A DNA stretch of 64,000 bases from Synergistales bacterium. Its GTDB lineage: Bacteria > Synergistota > Synergistia > Synergistales > JAFGMB01. The first letter of the stretch is position 1. The number at the start of each line of letters is the position of its first letter. The translations under genes were made by a program, and so were the position numbers. Location: positions 2,528,001 through 2,592,000 of the forward strand of contig OY762654.1 of the NCBI GenBank assembly GCA_963666205.1. The letters are read 5' to 3'. A model generated the notes under the pieces. It was not told the DNA's origin, did no database searches, and saw nothing but the letters and a program-made list of their open reading frames with translations. Below, in pieces: positions 38,406 through 49,917 of the stretch.

Positions 38406-39365
38406 ATGAAACGAATTGCAGTTCTTACGAGCGGGGGAGATGCTCCCGGCATGAACGCTGCTATCAGATCCGTTGTCAGAACGGGTCTTTACCATGGTCT
38501 TGAAGTACTGGGAGTACGCCACGGTTATAAGGGACTCATGGAGGGAGACTTTATTCCGCTGGATTCCAGATCAGTTGCCGGAATAATCCACAGGGGAGGT
38601 ACAATCCTTTACACAGCCCGGAGCGAAAGATTCAAGACCGTTGAGGGCATTGACGCCGCTCTCGATCAGTTAAGATCCGGCTCTGTGGATGGTCTTGTGG
38701 TAATTGGCGGGGATGGTTCCTATCGAGGCGCATTGAAGCTTGCGGAAAAAGGATTTCCCGTTATTGGTATTCCCGGTACCATAGATAACGATATTGCCGG
38801 TACTGATGAGACCATAGGCTATGACAGTGCCCTTAACACAGCCCTGGACTCGATCCGTAAACTTAGGGATACTGCAAGCAGCCATGACCGTCTTTTTATT
38901 GTTGAGGTCATGGGTAGGGAATCGGGATTCCTGGCCCTTGAAGTGGCATTGGCCAGCGGAGCTGAATGTGTGGTCCTTCCGGAAACGCAGTTCGACGAAT
39001 GTATGATCTGTGACCAGATCCACAGAGCCTGGGACAGGAAAAAAGACCATTTTTTCATCATCCTTGCCGAAGGTGTTATGGGAGCACATGAGCTGAAGGC
39101 CAGGCTGGAGGATACTGCAGGTTATACTGCCCGGTTCACTGTCCTTGGATATCTTCTAAGGGGAGGTAGCCCTACCTGTTATGATACCAACCTTGCAACC
39201 CGTATGGGGTCTTACTCGGTTGAGATGCTTCTTGGTGGGCATGAAGGAGTGATGATAGGTTGTGTAGATCACAAGATGATGATAAATCCCCTCGCTCTTG
39301 CCTGGGAACAGAAGAAACAGCTGAATTTCGATCTCCTGGAACTGATGAGGATAATGAACGTGTGA
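38406..39365 (+). CDS. pfkA: ATP-dependent 6-phosphofructokinase
   Basis: TSGGDAPGMNAAIR, GGDGS, PGTIDND and EVMGR. Confidence 0.97.
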   Translation: MKRIAVLTSGGDAPGMNAAIRSVVRTGLYHGLEVLGVRHGYKGLMEGDFIPLDSRSVAGIIHRGGTILYTARSERFKTVEGIDAALDQLRSGSVDGLVVIGGDGSYRGALKLAEKGFPVIGIPGTIDNDIAGTDETIGYDSALNTALDSIRKLRDTASSHDRLFIVEVMGRESGFLALEVALASGAECVVLPETQFDECMICDQIHRAWDRKKDHFFIILAEGVMGAHELKARLEDTAGYTARFTVLGYLLRGGSPTCYDTNLATRMGSYSVEMLLGGHEGVMIGCVDHKMMINPLALAWEQKKQLNFDLLELMRIMNV

Positions 39366-40210
39366 GAAGTGCTTTTTCACGGATATCCGAACTCGTCTCC
39401 TGCGACAGGTCCGGGCGGGTAGTTTCAGTGTTGAACCGGCCAACCTTCTGGAAAAGGGCAGTGGAAAAGCTGAAACCTTCCAGAAGGGTTGCAATCGTTA
39501 CCGGCTTTATGGTTCCGGATACAAATAGCCCTGAAACAGATGGGCCTCCCGGTGCCGTTATACTGGGAAGGGCTATCCTGAGATCCGGGAGAGAATGTAC
39601 TATATTTACAGATCCACTATGTTATGAGGCAGTTTCCCTATGTTCTGACTCTGTAAAAGGGCCACTGGTTACAAGTGTTACAAGTTCTGCAGGGATATCA
39701 GAATGGCTTCCAGATATGGTGATCTTTATCGAAAGACTGGGGCGGGCAGGTGATGGTCGTTACTACAACATGAGATGCAGGGATATCACTGAGTATACCC
39801 TTCCCCTTGACGAAATACTTCTTCCTCCTGAAAAAGAAAAGTTTTCGACTATTGCCATTGGAGATGGCGGAAACGAGGCGGGCCTTGGTTTACTGAAAGA
39901 TAGAATCGTAGAACTTATACCGGAGTTTGCGAACTGTGTCAGTGTAACTGAAGCGGACATCGCTCTTCCCGTCGATGTCTCAAACTGGGGAGCCTATGCT
40001 CTTGCAGTTCTTCTTTCCATCAGTGAATCCATGTGGCTGGGTCATTCTCTGCCAGAGGAGGAGTTAATGCTCAGTTCCCTGATAAAATGCGGAGCAGTGG
40101 ACGGCGTTACGAAACGAGCCTCTCTCTCTGTAGATGGGTTTTCCCTTGAGTATGAGGAAGAAATACTCTCTTCTCTGAAAAATGTCTACTACGATTCCAT
40201 CTCGAAATAA
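39362..40210 (+). CDS. D-glutamate cyclase-like (DUF4392) protein
   Basis: VTGF, ETDGPPG, IERLG, YYNM, GDGGNEAG, SNWG and VDG; GTG overlaps the pfkA stop. Confidence 0.85.
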   Translation: MRSAFSRISELVSCDRSGRVVSVLNRPTFWKRAVEKLKPSRRVAIVTGFMVPDTNSPETDGPPGAVILGRAILRSGRECTIFTDPLCYEAVSLCSDSVKGPLVTSVTSSAGISEWLPDMVIFIERLGRAGDGRYYNMRCRDITEYTLPLDEILLPPEKEKFSTIAIGDGGNEAGLGLLKDRIVELIPEFANCVSVTEADIALPVDVSNWGAYALAVLLSISESMWLGHSLPEEELMLSSLIKCGAVDGVTKRASLSVDGFSLEYEEEILSSLKNVYYDSISK

Positions 40211-40218
40211 GACCGTTT

Positions 40219-40734
40219 TTACTGTAGTTTACCCGAACCATTCCCCTGATTAGCGACAGAAGGGTTTATCCTTTTTCTCAAAACAGGGACAAGCACCAGG
40301 GCGAGGGCTGCTCCCATACCGGTCTGTATCAGATCAGTAACAAGTTCCACTGGCGCAGCTTTCCACCCATACAGGATCCCCGCCATTGTAGAATAACCGC
40401 ACATCATTACAAGGGCACCTGCCATTATGGCTTTTTTATGTCCCCTACCTCTTAACTTGCCGACGATATACCCTTCAAATCCTTTTATAATAAGTGTAAA
40501 TGGGGCCCATAACGGGTATCCTAGGATTATATCTCCAAGTCCGGCTCCCAATCCAGCACATATGCCTCCAAAACCTGGACCAAGAGTAAGAGCTATGGTG
40601 TAAATTATGCCTTCTCCCAGGTTGAAATAAAGCCTGAAACCAGGAACGGGCATGCTCAACATCGTGGCTACAGTTACGGAAGCGGATAACAGGGCGCCAA
40701 GGGCTATGTTTTTTGCAGAAAGTTCTCTGTTCAC
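40219..40734 (-). CDS. ECF transporter S component
   Basis: Small, highly hydrophobic; YFNLGE, GAGLGD and WAPFTLIIKG. Confidence 0.88.
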   Translation of the reverse strand: MNRELSAKNIALGALLSASVTVATMLSMPVPGFRLYFNLGEGIIYTIALTLGPGFGGICAGLGAGLGDIILGYPLWAPFTLIIKGFEGYIVGKLRGRGHKKAIMAGALVMMCGYSTMAGILYGWKAAPVELVTDLIQTGMGAALALVLVPVLRKRINPSVANQGNGSGKLQ

Positions 40735-40932
40735 GAAATATCTCTCTCCTTTGATGTTATCTCAACGCATTTTTATGATATTATGTATCTTAAGTTGCAA
40801 ATTGCAGATCTATCCTATCCTTCTTCTGGATTAATGTTAATATCCAGAAATGGTTCCCCTGCATGTAAATTTGGTCGTATTTCACGGAACGTCAGCTTTT
40901 GTACTTGTCTTTTTCAGGGAGCGATAGGTATA

Positions 40933-41415
40933 ATGTCCAAGAATGGAAGGTCTTTCCTCCTGCTTGTTTCCTCAGGATTAATACTTCTTACAGTTTTGTC
41001 TGTTTGGACCATCAGGCATTGTGATAAAAAAAACACCTTTCGACTCGTCAGAACAGTTATATGTGATGAAGTTGATGAGGAATTCCTGCCTGTTGGTGCT
41101 GCAAGCAGGTTTACATATGGAACTCGTCAGCTCTGCCTGTGGTTCGAATATGATATGGCTTCACAGAACTGTGAAATTTCCGTCAAGTGGTACTTCAATG
41201 AAAAAATGGTATTTACTGAGAGAGTAGATCTGTCTTCAGTTAAAGGGAGAAAAACTCTCTGTCTGCTGAGGGAAGATGGTTCTCCCCTTCCCGTGGGAAA
41301 CTATCATGTGGTACTTGATCTTAATGGCAAAGAAACCGGCAGAATGGTTTTTGCTGTAGTGAAAAATTATGTTTCCTGCTTTGACTTAAATGAAAGAAAA
41401 AGGAAGAAGGGATAG
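40933..41415 (+). CDS. Hypothetical membrane-anchored protein
   Basis: N-terminal TM, beta-rich domain (..VKWY..PVGNYHV); stop 2 nt before the transaldolase start. Confidence 0.65.
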   Translation: MSKNGRSFLLLVSSGLILLTVLSVWTIRHCDKKNTFRLVRTVICDEVDEEFLPVGAASRFTYGTRQLCLWFEYDMASQNCEISVKWYFNEKMVFTERVDLSSVKGRKTLCLLREDGSPLPVGNYHVVLDLNGKETGRMVFAVVKNYVSCFDLNERKRKKG

Positions 41416-41417
41416 GT

Positions 41418-42077
41418 ATGATCTTTTTTCTCGATACTGCTAATCTGGAAGAGCTTCGAGAGGCAGCATCCTGGGGAGTTGTTTCGGGTGTCACTACCAA
41501 TCCTTCCCTTGTCGCCAGAGAGGGGAAGGTTGACTTCGGTTCCCATATCAGGGCCGTAACGGAGATTGTCGATGGTCCGGTAAGCGTGGAGGTCATTTCA
41601 ACGGAAACGGGTCCTATGATAGAAGAGGCCCGATCTCTGGTTCCCATTTCACCCAATGTGGTAATAAAAATACCCATGACCCCTGCAGGTATGGGAGCTG
41701 TCAAGGTCCTTTCGTCCGAGGGTGTAGCCGTTAATGTTACCCTTGTGTTCACCCCTCAGCAGGCCCTTCTTGCTGCAGCTGCGGGAGCTGCCTATGTCAG
41801 CCCCTTTGTTGGTCGTCTTGATGATATCGGGGAAGATGGTGTGGGTGTGGTTGGTGATATTTCCCAGATATTCAGCATGCAGGATATCGGGACGAAGGTC
41901 CTTGCTGCAAGTATTCGACATCCTGCTCACGTCGTTCAGTGTGCCCTTGCAGGAGCGGATGTCGCAACAGTCCCTTTCAAGGTCTTGAAACAGCTTTTTC
42001 ATCATCCCCTTACAGATAAGGGAATTGAGAAATTCCTTGCCGATTGGGAAGGATACAATAAAAATCATGGGAGATAA
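41418..42077 (+). CDS. tal: Transaldolase / fructose-6-phosphate aldolase family
   Basis: [30 protein letters not shown] and AASIR. Confidence 0.93.
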   Translation: MIFFLDTANLEELREAASWGVVSGVTTNPSLVAREGKVDFGSHIRAVTEIVDGPVSVEVISTETGPMIEEARSLVPISPNVVIKIPMTPAGMGAVKVLSSEGVAVNVTLVFTPQQALLAAAAGAAYVSPFVGRLDDIGEDGVGVVGDISQIFSMQDIGTKVLAASIRHPAHVVQCALAGADVATVPFKVLKQLFHHPLTDKGIEKFLADWEGYNKNHGR

Positions 42078-43455
42078 ACAAGTGGATACGAAAATAGATA
42101 CTAACAGCGAAAAAGAAGTTACACAGGAAAAAAACAGCAGCACCGCGTCAAATGGATCAGAAGGGACCATATCGCCCAACGGAGAAGTGAAATCAGTTCC
42201 CAAACCAAGATACTCCTTCACCAGGTTATCTGCTCTCACCATAAGTGATCTGAAGAAAATTGCAAAAGAGATTGGTGTTAACGGGATAACCTCCCTTAGA
42301 AAAGATAACCTCATCCTTGCCATGTTGAAGAAGCAGGCAGAGAATATGAAATATCGCTTTGGTGGCGGAACTCTTGAAATATTGAACGAAGGTTACGGAT
42401 TCCTCCGCCCTGAAGGTCTTCTTCCCAGCGACAACGATATCTACGTATCTGCCTCTCAGATAAGGCGTTTTGGCCTGAGAAACGGTGATGTGGTATGGGG
42501 CCTTATACGTCAGCCCAAGGAACAGGAACACTACGAGGCTCTCCTCAGGGTTGAAATGGTAAATTTCTCTGACCCGGAAGCAGCAAGAAGAAGACCTCAT
42601 TTTGGCCAGATCACACCCATATTCCCTGATGAAAGACTTACTCTGGAAACATCTCCCAGAGAAATATCTACCCGTTTGGTTGACCTGTTTTCCCCTATAG
42701 GCAAAGGACAGAGAGCGCTTATAGTGTCTCCTCCCAAAGCTGGAAAGACGACCCTTCTTAAAAATATTGCCCACGGAGTGACAACCAATCATTCAGATAT
42801 AATCCTTATGGTTCTTCTCATAGATGAGAGACCCGAAGAAGTTACTGACATGTCGAGATCTGTAGACGGAGAGATAATCGCTTCTACTTTCGACAGACCA
42901 GCTGAAGAACATCTTAGAGTTGCGAATTTAGCCCTGGAAAAAGCCAAGAGACTTGTGGAAGTAGGAAAGGATGTAGTTCTGCTTCTGGATTCCATAACCC
43001 GTCTGGCAAGGGCCTCTAATCTTGTGGTGCCCCCTTCTGGAAGGACTCTTTCAGGAGGTATGGATCCTGCTGCCCTCTATTTCCCTAAAAGATTTTTCGG
43101 AGCTGCCAGAAATATTGAGGAGGGAGGCAGCCTGACCATAATCGGTACGGCTCTTGTGGACACCGGAAGCAGGATGGACGATGTTATCTACGAGGAATTC
43201 AAAGGAACCGGTAATATGGAACTCCACCTTTCACGCAAACTTTCTGAGCAGAGAATATTCCCGGCTCTTGATATAATCAAGTCCGGAACGAGGAGAGAAG
43301 AACTTCTTCTCTCAGAAGATGAACTCGAAAGGATGTGGCTCCTTCGGAGGCGCATTGTTAATGTTGATGAGGCAGGGGCACTGAACCTTATCATCGATAA
43401 ACTTAAACAGGCAAAAACGAATAGTGAATTTCTGAAGACAATCAAGAAATCTTAG
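42067..43455 (+). CDS. rho: Transcription termination factor Rho
   Basis: [38 protein letters not shown] and SGTRREE. Confidence 0.98.
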   Translation: MGDKQVDTKIDTNSEKEVTQEKNSSTASNGSEGTISPNGEVKSVPKPRYSFTRLSALTISDLKKIAKEIGVNGITSLRKDNLILAMLKKQAENMKYRFGGGTLEILNEGYGFLRPEGLLPSDNDIYVSASQIRRFGLRNGDVVWGLIRQPKEQEHYEALLRVEMVNFSDPEAARRRPHFGQITPIFPDERLTLETSPREISTRLVDLFSPIGKGQRALIVSPPKAGKTTLLKNIAHGVTTNHSDIILMVLLIDERPEEVTDMSRSVDGEIIASTFDRPAEEHLRVANLALEKAKRLVEVGKDVVLLLDSITRLARASNLVVPPSGRTLSGGMDPAALYFPKRFFGAARNIEEGGSLTIIGTALVDTGSRMDDVIYEEFKGTGNMELHLSRKLSEQRIFPALDIIKSGTRREELLLSEDELERMWLLRRRIVNVDEAGALNLIIDKLKQAKTNSEFLKTIKKS

Positions 43456-43542
43456 TATTTTTCATACAGGAATTTTCAGTTATAATGTCAAGGGTTATTC
43501 TAGAGTCATACATTTCTGCATACGTAGTCAGGAGGTAGGGAT

Positions 43543-45027
43543 TTGAAGATCTCTCCAGGTCATCTCTTTGGTCGGATCAAGGGCCGGACAGGGTTTATGG
43601 TTGCAATTATATTAATGCTCAGCGCCACCCTTTTTCTCTCCATCTCTTGTACCAACAGGGCTGCAGGAACAGGCTGGCAGGGATCGATCAGCCTGGATCC
43701 GGCACCGGATGAAAAACTCCCTACAGGATTTATCGTTATAGAGATGGAGAAAGCCTATCTTTATGATGCTGAGAATATTTCAGACACTACCGGGGAAGAG
43801 ATCCTCGGAATAGGCCCCCTTCCAGCAGATGCATCCTTTGCCAGTGAAGGAATTGTCCTGAAGGAACTTCTGCCGCAGGGAGAAAATGAGAATAATGATC
43901 AGGGTGATCCCAAGGTTTATTCTGATGAGATGGAAAAACCGGATGTCGTACTGGAAGAAATGAGTTTTGATGTAGTCGCTCAGGATCAGCCTGATGAAGA
44001 TATCCCTGACCCCGATGACGTTGTTGAAGTTACTCTGGAGGAAAAAACTCCCCAATGGGTGGAACATGTTGTAAAACCTGGTGATAACCTTACGGATATT
44101 TCCAGAAAACATGATCTCAGGCCTCAGAATATCGTTGATGCTAACGGTCTGCATAATCCCGATATGCTCAGGGAGGGCCAACTGCTTCTGATCCCCCTGT
44201 CTGAAGAAGATGTCACTGCTGTTCAGCTAGAGGTAGAAAGACGCAAGGCAGAAGAACTGGAGAAACGTAATCGTGTAGTGCCCCTTAAGGTAACCACCTA
44301 CGTGGTAGCAGATGGAGATAGTCTCTGGTCCATAGCCAATACATTCAATCTTTCTATAGATACCCTTTTTGGAAGCAATAATCTTAAAAACCCTGATTAT
44401 CTGAAGCCGGGTCTTACCCTAAGGGTTCCCAACCAGGACGGAATTTTCTACAAGATCAAAAAAGGTGACACTCTGAGTGGCATAGCAAAGAAATACAAGC
44501 TTGATCCGGAAAGGATCAACGAAACCAATTCTGAACATGACTATTCAAGCCTGGAGGTAGGCGGGGAGATATTTATTCCAGGGGCGTCTCCGGCTGCATC
44601 TGTCTACTCGAGCAGTTCGTCCGGGACCTCGAAGTCGTATTCCAGATCATTCCGTTGGCCTGTGGTGGGGAAGATCAATAGTCCTTTTGGATGGAGAAGA
44701 CACCCCATAACCAAGAGAAGGTCCTTCCATACGGGTATAGATATCAAGGCTGGTACAGGGGTACCTATCAGGGCTGCAAAGGCCGGCAGAGTCGCCTATT
44801 CCGGATGGATGGGGGGATATGGCCGTGTTGTCGTTATCAATCACGGGAGTGGCTATTCTACCCTTTATGCACACTGCAGCAGGCTCATGGTCAGAAAGGG
44901 TGCCAAGGTGTCTTCCGGACAGGTAATAGCCAAGGTCGGTTCCAGCGGCAGAGTTACTGGTCCGCACCTTCATTTCGAAGTTCGAAGTAACAATAAGGCA
45001 ATTAATCCCTTAAGGGTTCTTCGTTGA
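43543..45027 (+). CDS. LysM-repeat M23 peptidase
   Basis: Three LysM repeats (KPGDNL, ADGDSL, KKGDTL) plus HTGID..YAH..GPHLHFEV. Confidence 0.92.
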   Translation: MKISPGHLFGRIKGRTGFMVAIILMLSATLFLSISCTNRAAGTGWQGSISLDPAPDEKLPTGFIVIEMEKAYLYDAENISDTTGEEILGIGPLPADASFASEGIVLKELLPQGENENNDQGDPKVYSDEMEKPDVVLEEMSFDVVAQDQPDEDIPDPDDVVEVTLEEKTPQWVEHVVKPGDNLTDISRKHDLRPQNIVDANGLHNPDMLREGQLLLIPLSEEDVTAVQLEVERRKAEELEKRNRVVPLKVTTYVVADGDSLWSIANTFNLSIDTLFGSNNLKNPDYLKPGLTLRVPNQDGIFYKIKKGDTLSGIAKKYKLDPERINETNSEHDYSSLEVGGEIFIPGASPAASVYSSSSSGTSKSYSRSFRWPVVGKINSPFGWRRHPITKRRSFHTGIDIKAGTGVPIRAAKAGRVAYSGWMGGYGRVVVINHGSGYSTLYAHCSRLMVRKGAKVSSGQVIAKVGSSGRVTGPHLHFEVRSNNKAINPLRVLR

Positions 45028-45072
45028 TCCAGGTTAAAATAACTTAATCGATTTTTGAAGAAATTATAATAC

Positions 45073-45109
45073 TTGGGCCAGGGTAATTCCCCTGGTCCAA
45101 ATTTTGTTT
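45073..45109 (+). terminator. Probable intrinsic terminator
   Basis: TTGGGCCAGGG-taattc-CCCTGGTCCAA followed by attttgttt. Confidence 0.7.
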
Positions 45110-45215
45110 AAACAGGTTCTGATAAGCAAAATTAATGAGGCACTCAACGTCTGCTCGAGTGTATAATGGTTTCTAAGGATAATCAATAAAATCCAGCTTC
45201 CTTAACGAGAGTTAG

Positions 45216-46877
<1,662 letters not shown>

Positions 46878-46897
46878 TCAACGAAGGAGGGCTTGTT

Positions 46898-47911
46898 ATG
46901 AAAAAAAATCTGGTGTTTTTAGTTTTAATTATGGTATTTCTTTCAGTTTCTCTGACTGCCTTTGCTGTAGAGGATCTTAATAGTGCCTCGACTTTCCAGA
47001 CCATGGAAAGGACGGAATCTATTGTATTTGGCCAGACAAGGACAGGGGGTCTGATCGCAAGGCTGAGTGAACTTGAGGTAGCATTGTTTGGCAGAGAACT
47101 TCCAGGGAGTATTGCAGCAAGACAGAGTGCCCTTCTGAATTTCCTTGAAAAAGGGAATATTGACCAACCCTCAATGCTCTTCAAACTTGGAGTGGCTGAA
47201 TGGGCTTTATCACAGGAATCAGATTCTTATGGACCTGTTGAAGAAAGAATAGCCTTTCTTGAAAAAAGTCTTGAAGGAGAGACAATGGAGAATAAGCCCC
47301 TTGCGATGAGATTGGAGCGTCTTCTTTCCCTCCTTCTGACCGATGATATTACCTGGGAAGATGTGGAGATACCGGCTGATACTGTTATGAAGTCCACTCT
47401 CCTTGAAAATCTGGCACCGGCGACTGCAAAAGCAGGTGATACTGTCAGAATGTATCTGACTGAAGACCTCACCCTGGGTACTTATCTTATTGCTCCAAAG
47501 GGCAGCCGGATTATGGGTCATGTTGATAAGGTCACGAAGCCCAAGAGTTTTGGAAGACCTTCGGAGATCGCTATTTCCTTTGATTCCCTTGTTCCCCTTG
47601 GACCGGAATTGATCCCTCTGTCAATGGGAGAGGCTTCTGAAAAGGCAACAAAAGCGGAGAAAGCACAGATGGCAGCAGTAGGCACCAGTTTTATAGGTGC
47701 CATTCTGCTTGGTCCGGTAGGTTTAGCTGGAGGATTGCTTATTAGAGGAGATGCCAGGGATATTCCTGAAGGTACGACATTCTTCATTCAGACTCCTGAA
47801 ATAGTCAGAGTGTCTGGTTTCCCTGTTCCTGCGGGCTTGCAGGGGATGCTTTCCCATAGTGCTGTTACGGAAGATTCCGGCGACCTATTGAGGGAGGCTG
47901 GTTCTCAATAA
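46898..47911 (+). CDS. Hypothetical exported protein
   Basis: SD aaggagg, signal peptide, helical repeats, beta domain and Gly-rich hydrophobic hairpin. Confidence 0.8.
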   Translation: MKKNLVFLVLIMVFLSVSLTAFAVEDLNSASTFQTMERTESIVFGQTRTGGLIARLSELEVALFGRELPGSIAARQSALLNFLEKGNIDQPSMLFKLGVAEWALSQESDSYGPVEERIAFLEKSLEGETMENKPLAMRLERLLSLLLTDDITWEDVEIPADTVMKSTLLENLAPATAKAGDTVRMYLTEDLTLGTYLIAPKGSRIMGHVDKVTKPKSFGRPSEIAISFDSLVPLGPELIPLSMGEASEKATKAEKAQMAAVGTSFIGAILLGPVGLAGGLLIRGDARDIPEGTTFFIQTPEIVRVSGFPVPAGLQGMLSHSAVTEDSGDLLREAGSQ

Positions 47912-48348
47912 TGAAATCTATCAAAATTAAAAGGTTCACCGCTATCATACTTGTAGTGGGGGCCCTTTTTTCAGGGGCGGCTTTTGCCGTTGATCTCAAG
48001 GACCTTCTCGGGGTTGTTGGCGGAGGATTCCTTGTTTCGGCTGTTGCTGGCCCTCTGAATGATTTTATCAACACCGTAACTTTCAACAAGGGAGCAAAAG
48101 TGGAAGGACATACCAAGGTCGTCCCTATTGTTTCTCTTGGGAGCGGGACAAGGATAGGGGCGGCACAGGTTGCCGGACCCAAGGGGGATGTTGTGGCAAG
48201 CACCAAGGCGGTGGCCCAGATAGAAACAACTTTTAAGGATAAGATAAGAGTTGAGATACTTGTCCCGATTGATTCGGAAAACCCGTTACAGCGATTCAAG
48301 AGAGTCCAGGGTGTGGGTGTTTCAGCAATAATCGATTACAGACTCTAG
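47911..48348 (+). CDS. Hypothetical exported protein
   Basis: Signal peptide; TKVVPIVSLG..IGAAQV and GVGVSAIID; coupled to the upstream gene. Confidence 0.8.
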   Translation: MKSIKIKRFTAIILVVGALFSGAAFAVDLKDLLGVVGGGFLVSAVAGPLNDFINTVTFNKGAKVEGHTKVVPIVSLGSGTRIGAAQVAGPKGDVVASTKAVAQIETTFKDKIRVEILVPIDSENPLQRFKRVQGVGVSAIIDYRL

Positions 48349-48353
48349 GGAAA

Positions 48354-49391
48354 TTGCCTGTCATGAGATCATTAAAGCTGACACTGGTTTTCCTGATACT
48401 GGTTTTATGTGCCTCGGCAAGCTTTGCTTTGACCTCTCTCCAGGAGGCGAATATGGTTCTGGATAAATGGACATCCTTTCACTGGGGCAAGGATTGCTTC
48501 GTATGGATAGTTCATTATTCTGAGGATCTAGTGGATCCTTGGGTTCGTGCTGAGTCAGAGAAGCAGGGAATGTCTCCTGAGGATGAAGGTCTATACAGAC
48601 AGACCTTTCTCGATGAATTAAAAATAAATGAAACTGAAGCTTTTCTTTTTTCTTTCTACTCTTTTGGTCAGAATGATATGGATATGTCTCCATTTTCAGA
48701 TAAGATCAGTCTGAGAACTAAAAGTGGAAAAGTCTCTGCTCCTCTTTCCTATGACCCTTCCTTCGACTTGCCAATGAAAGGCATTGTTCAGGGAATCGTT
48801 TTTTTCCCGAAACAGGAAGAAAGGGCGTTCAGCATTATCGTAAAAGGTCTTGGAATAGAAACAGGTTTTTTCTTCCCGATGGATTTCCAGATCATTCTGC
48901 CAGAAAAGAATGATCTGGAAAGGGTTCCCGGGCATCCGATAACAAAAGGTGAAGTTCTGGTGGTTCCTTCCATGGGCTCTGTTGATGAAAAAAAGCCCTT
49001 GCAGCAAAAACCTGTTTCAGAGGATATAATTCCAGAAGAGAAAAGAGAAGCATTCAGCCCTGAGCCGGAACTTGATCTCGATTCAGCGGATCATCTTTCA
49101 AAGGATGAAGTCCTTTCCACCTTCATCGACAGATGGGTTGAAGGTGATTATGCTGCTATGTATGATCTACTTTCCAGTGAATCAAGGGGGAAATACTCGC
49201 AGAATGCCTTCACAGCGAGTGCTATGCAGTCTCCGTTCCGATTGGTTCTGCAAAATGGATATGAAGTACACTGGATCGATGAGTTTCAGGCAGAGATTGT
49301 TGCCAGAACAGATCTTATGATTATGAAGACCTTCAAAAGAAAGATCTTCAGAATGGTGGAAACAGGAGATGTCTGGCGTATCTCGTGGTAA
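48354..49391 (+). CDS. Hypothetical exported protein
   Basis: Signal peptide; N-domain similar to 37569-38324; short C-terminal domain (W..GDY..MYDLLS); start may be 48363. Confidence 0.8.
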   Translation: MPVMRSLKLTLVFLILVLCASASFALTSLQEANMVLDKWTSFHWGKDCFVWIVHYSEDLVDPWVRAESEKQGMSPEDEGLYRQTFLDELKINETEAFLFSFYSFGQNDMDMSPFSDKISLRTKSGKVSAPLSYDPSFDLPMKGIVQGIVFFPKQEERAFSIIVKGLGIETGFFFPMDFQIILPEKNDLERVPGHPITKGEVLVVPSMGSVDEKKPLQQKPVSEDIIPEEKREAFSPEPELDLDSADHLSKDEVLSTFIDRWVEGDYAAMYDLLSSESRGKYSQNAFTASAMQSPFRLVLQNGYEVHWIDEFQAEIVARTDLMIMKTFKRKIFRMVETGDVWRISW

Positions 49392-49917
49392 ACTATCTGT
49401 CCTTTTGATCCTGCTTGCGGGTTCTTTCTTTGCATGGAACATAGTGAAGGATCTTGGTCTTGAAAAGAACATTACCGTGACAAAAGAAGAAAATCTTCCT
49501 GAAGTTACAGTAGAGGATCTGGAATTTTCAAGGGAAATCTCTGGAGATAAGTGGCTTATCACTGTGAGTGAGGCTATTAAAGCTGGTGTTACTTACTCCC
49601 TTGCCGATATCCGTATGAATGGAGCAATGGATAACGGGAATATATGGACAGTGGATTCTCCGGAAGGAATTTATAATGAAACAGATGACTTGTGGTTACT
49701 TAAGCAACCACAAGGTATTTTTCGTGGAGAAAAAGAACCGGTGCATTGGATTGCTCCAGAGGCACATATATATACTTCCCGGGGGCAGATCAGCTTTGAA
49801 AGCGGGATCAGGATAGAACAGAATTTTCTTGTTATTGATGGTCGATCAGGATTTGCAACGTTTGATGGTCTTTTCATCCTTTCCGAGGGGGCAGATGCGC
49901 TGTGGAGTATAAAATGA
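49369..49917 (+). CDS. LptC-like membrane-anchored beta-jellyroll protein
   Basis: N-terminal TM then beta-rich W.I...EA/..SPEG.Y pattern; precedes the LptD-like gene. Confidence 0.6.
   Translation: MSGVSRGKLSVLLILLAGSFFAWNIVKDLGLEKNITVTKEENLPEVTVEDLEFSREISGDKWLITVSEAIKAGVTYSLADIRMNGAMDNGNIWTVDSPEGIYNETDDLWLLKQPQGIFRGEKEPVHWIAPEAHIYTSRGQISFESGIRIEQNFLVIDGRSGFATFDGLFILSEGADALWSIK

Noticed and set aside
40735-40932. Riboswitch upstream of the ECF S component
   Set aside because: No recognisable TPP, FMN, cobalamin, SAM or T-box motif or terminator; looks like a divergent promoter region.
41649-42323. 224 aa antisense ORF over tal/rho, and other short shadow ORFs in the track (e.g. 23243-23893, 52967-53581)
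   Set aside because: They overlap well-supported genes on the opposite strand or in another frame and carry no motifs.
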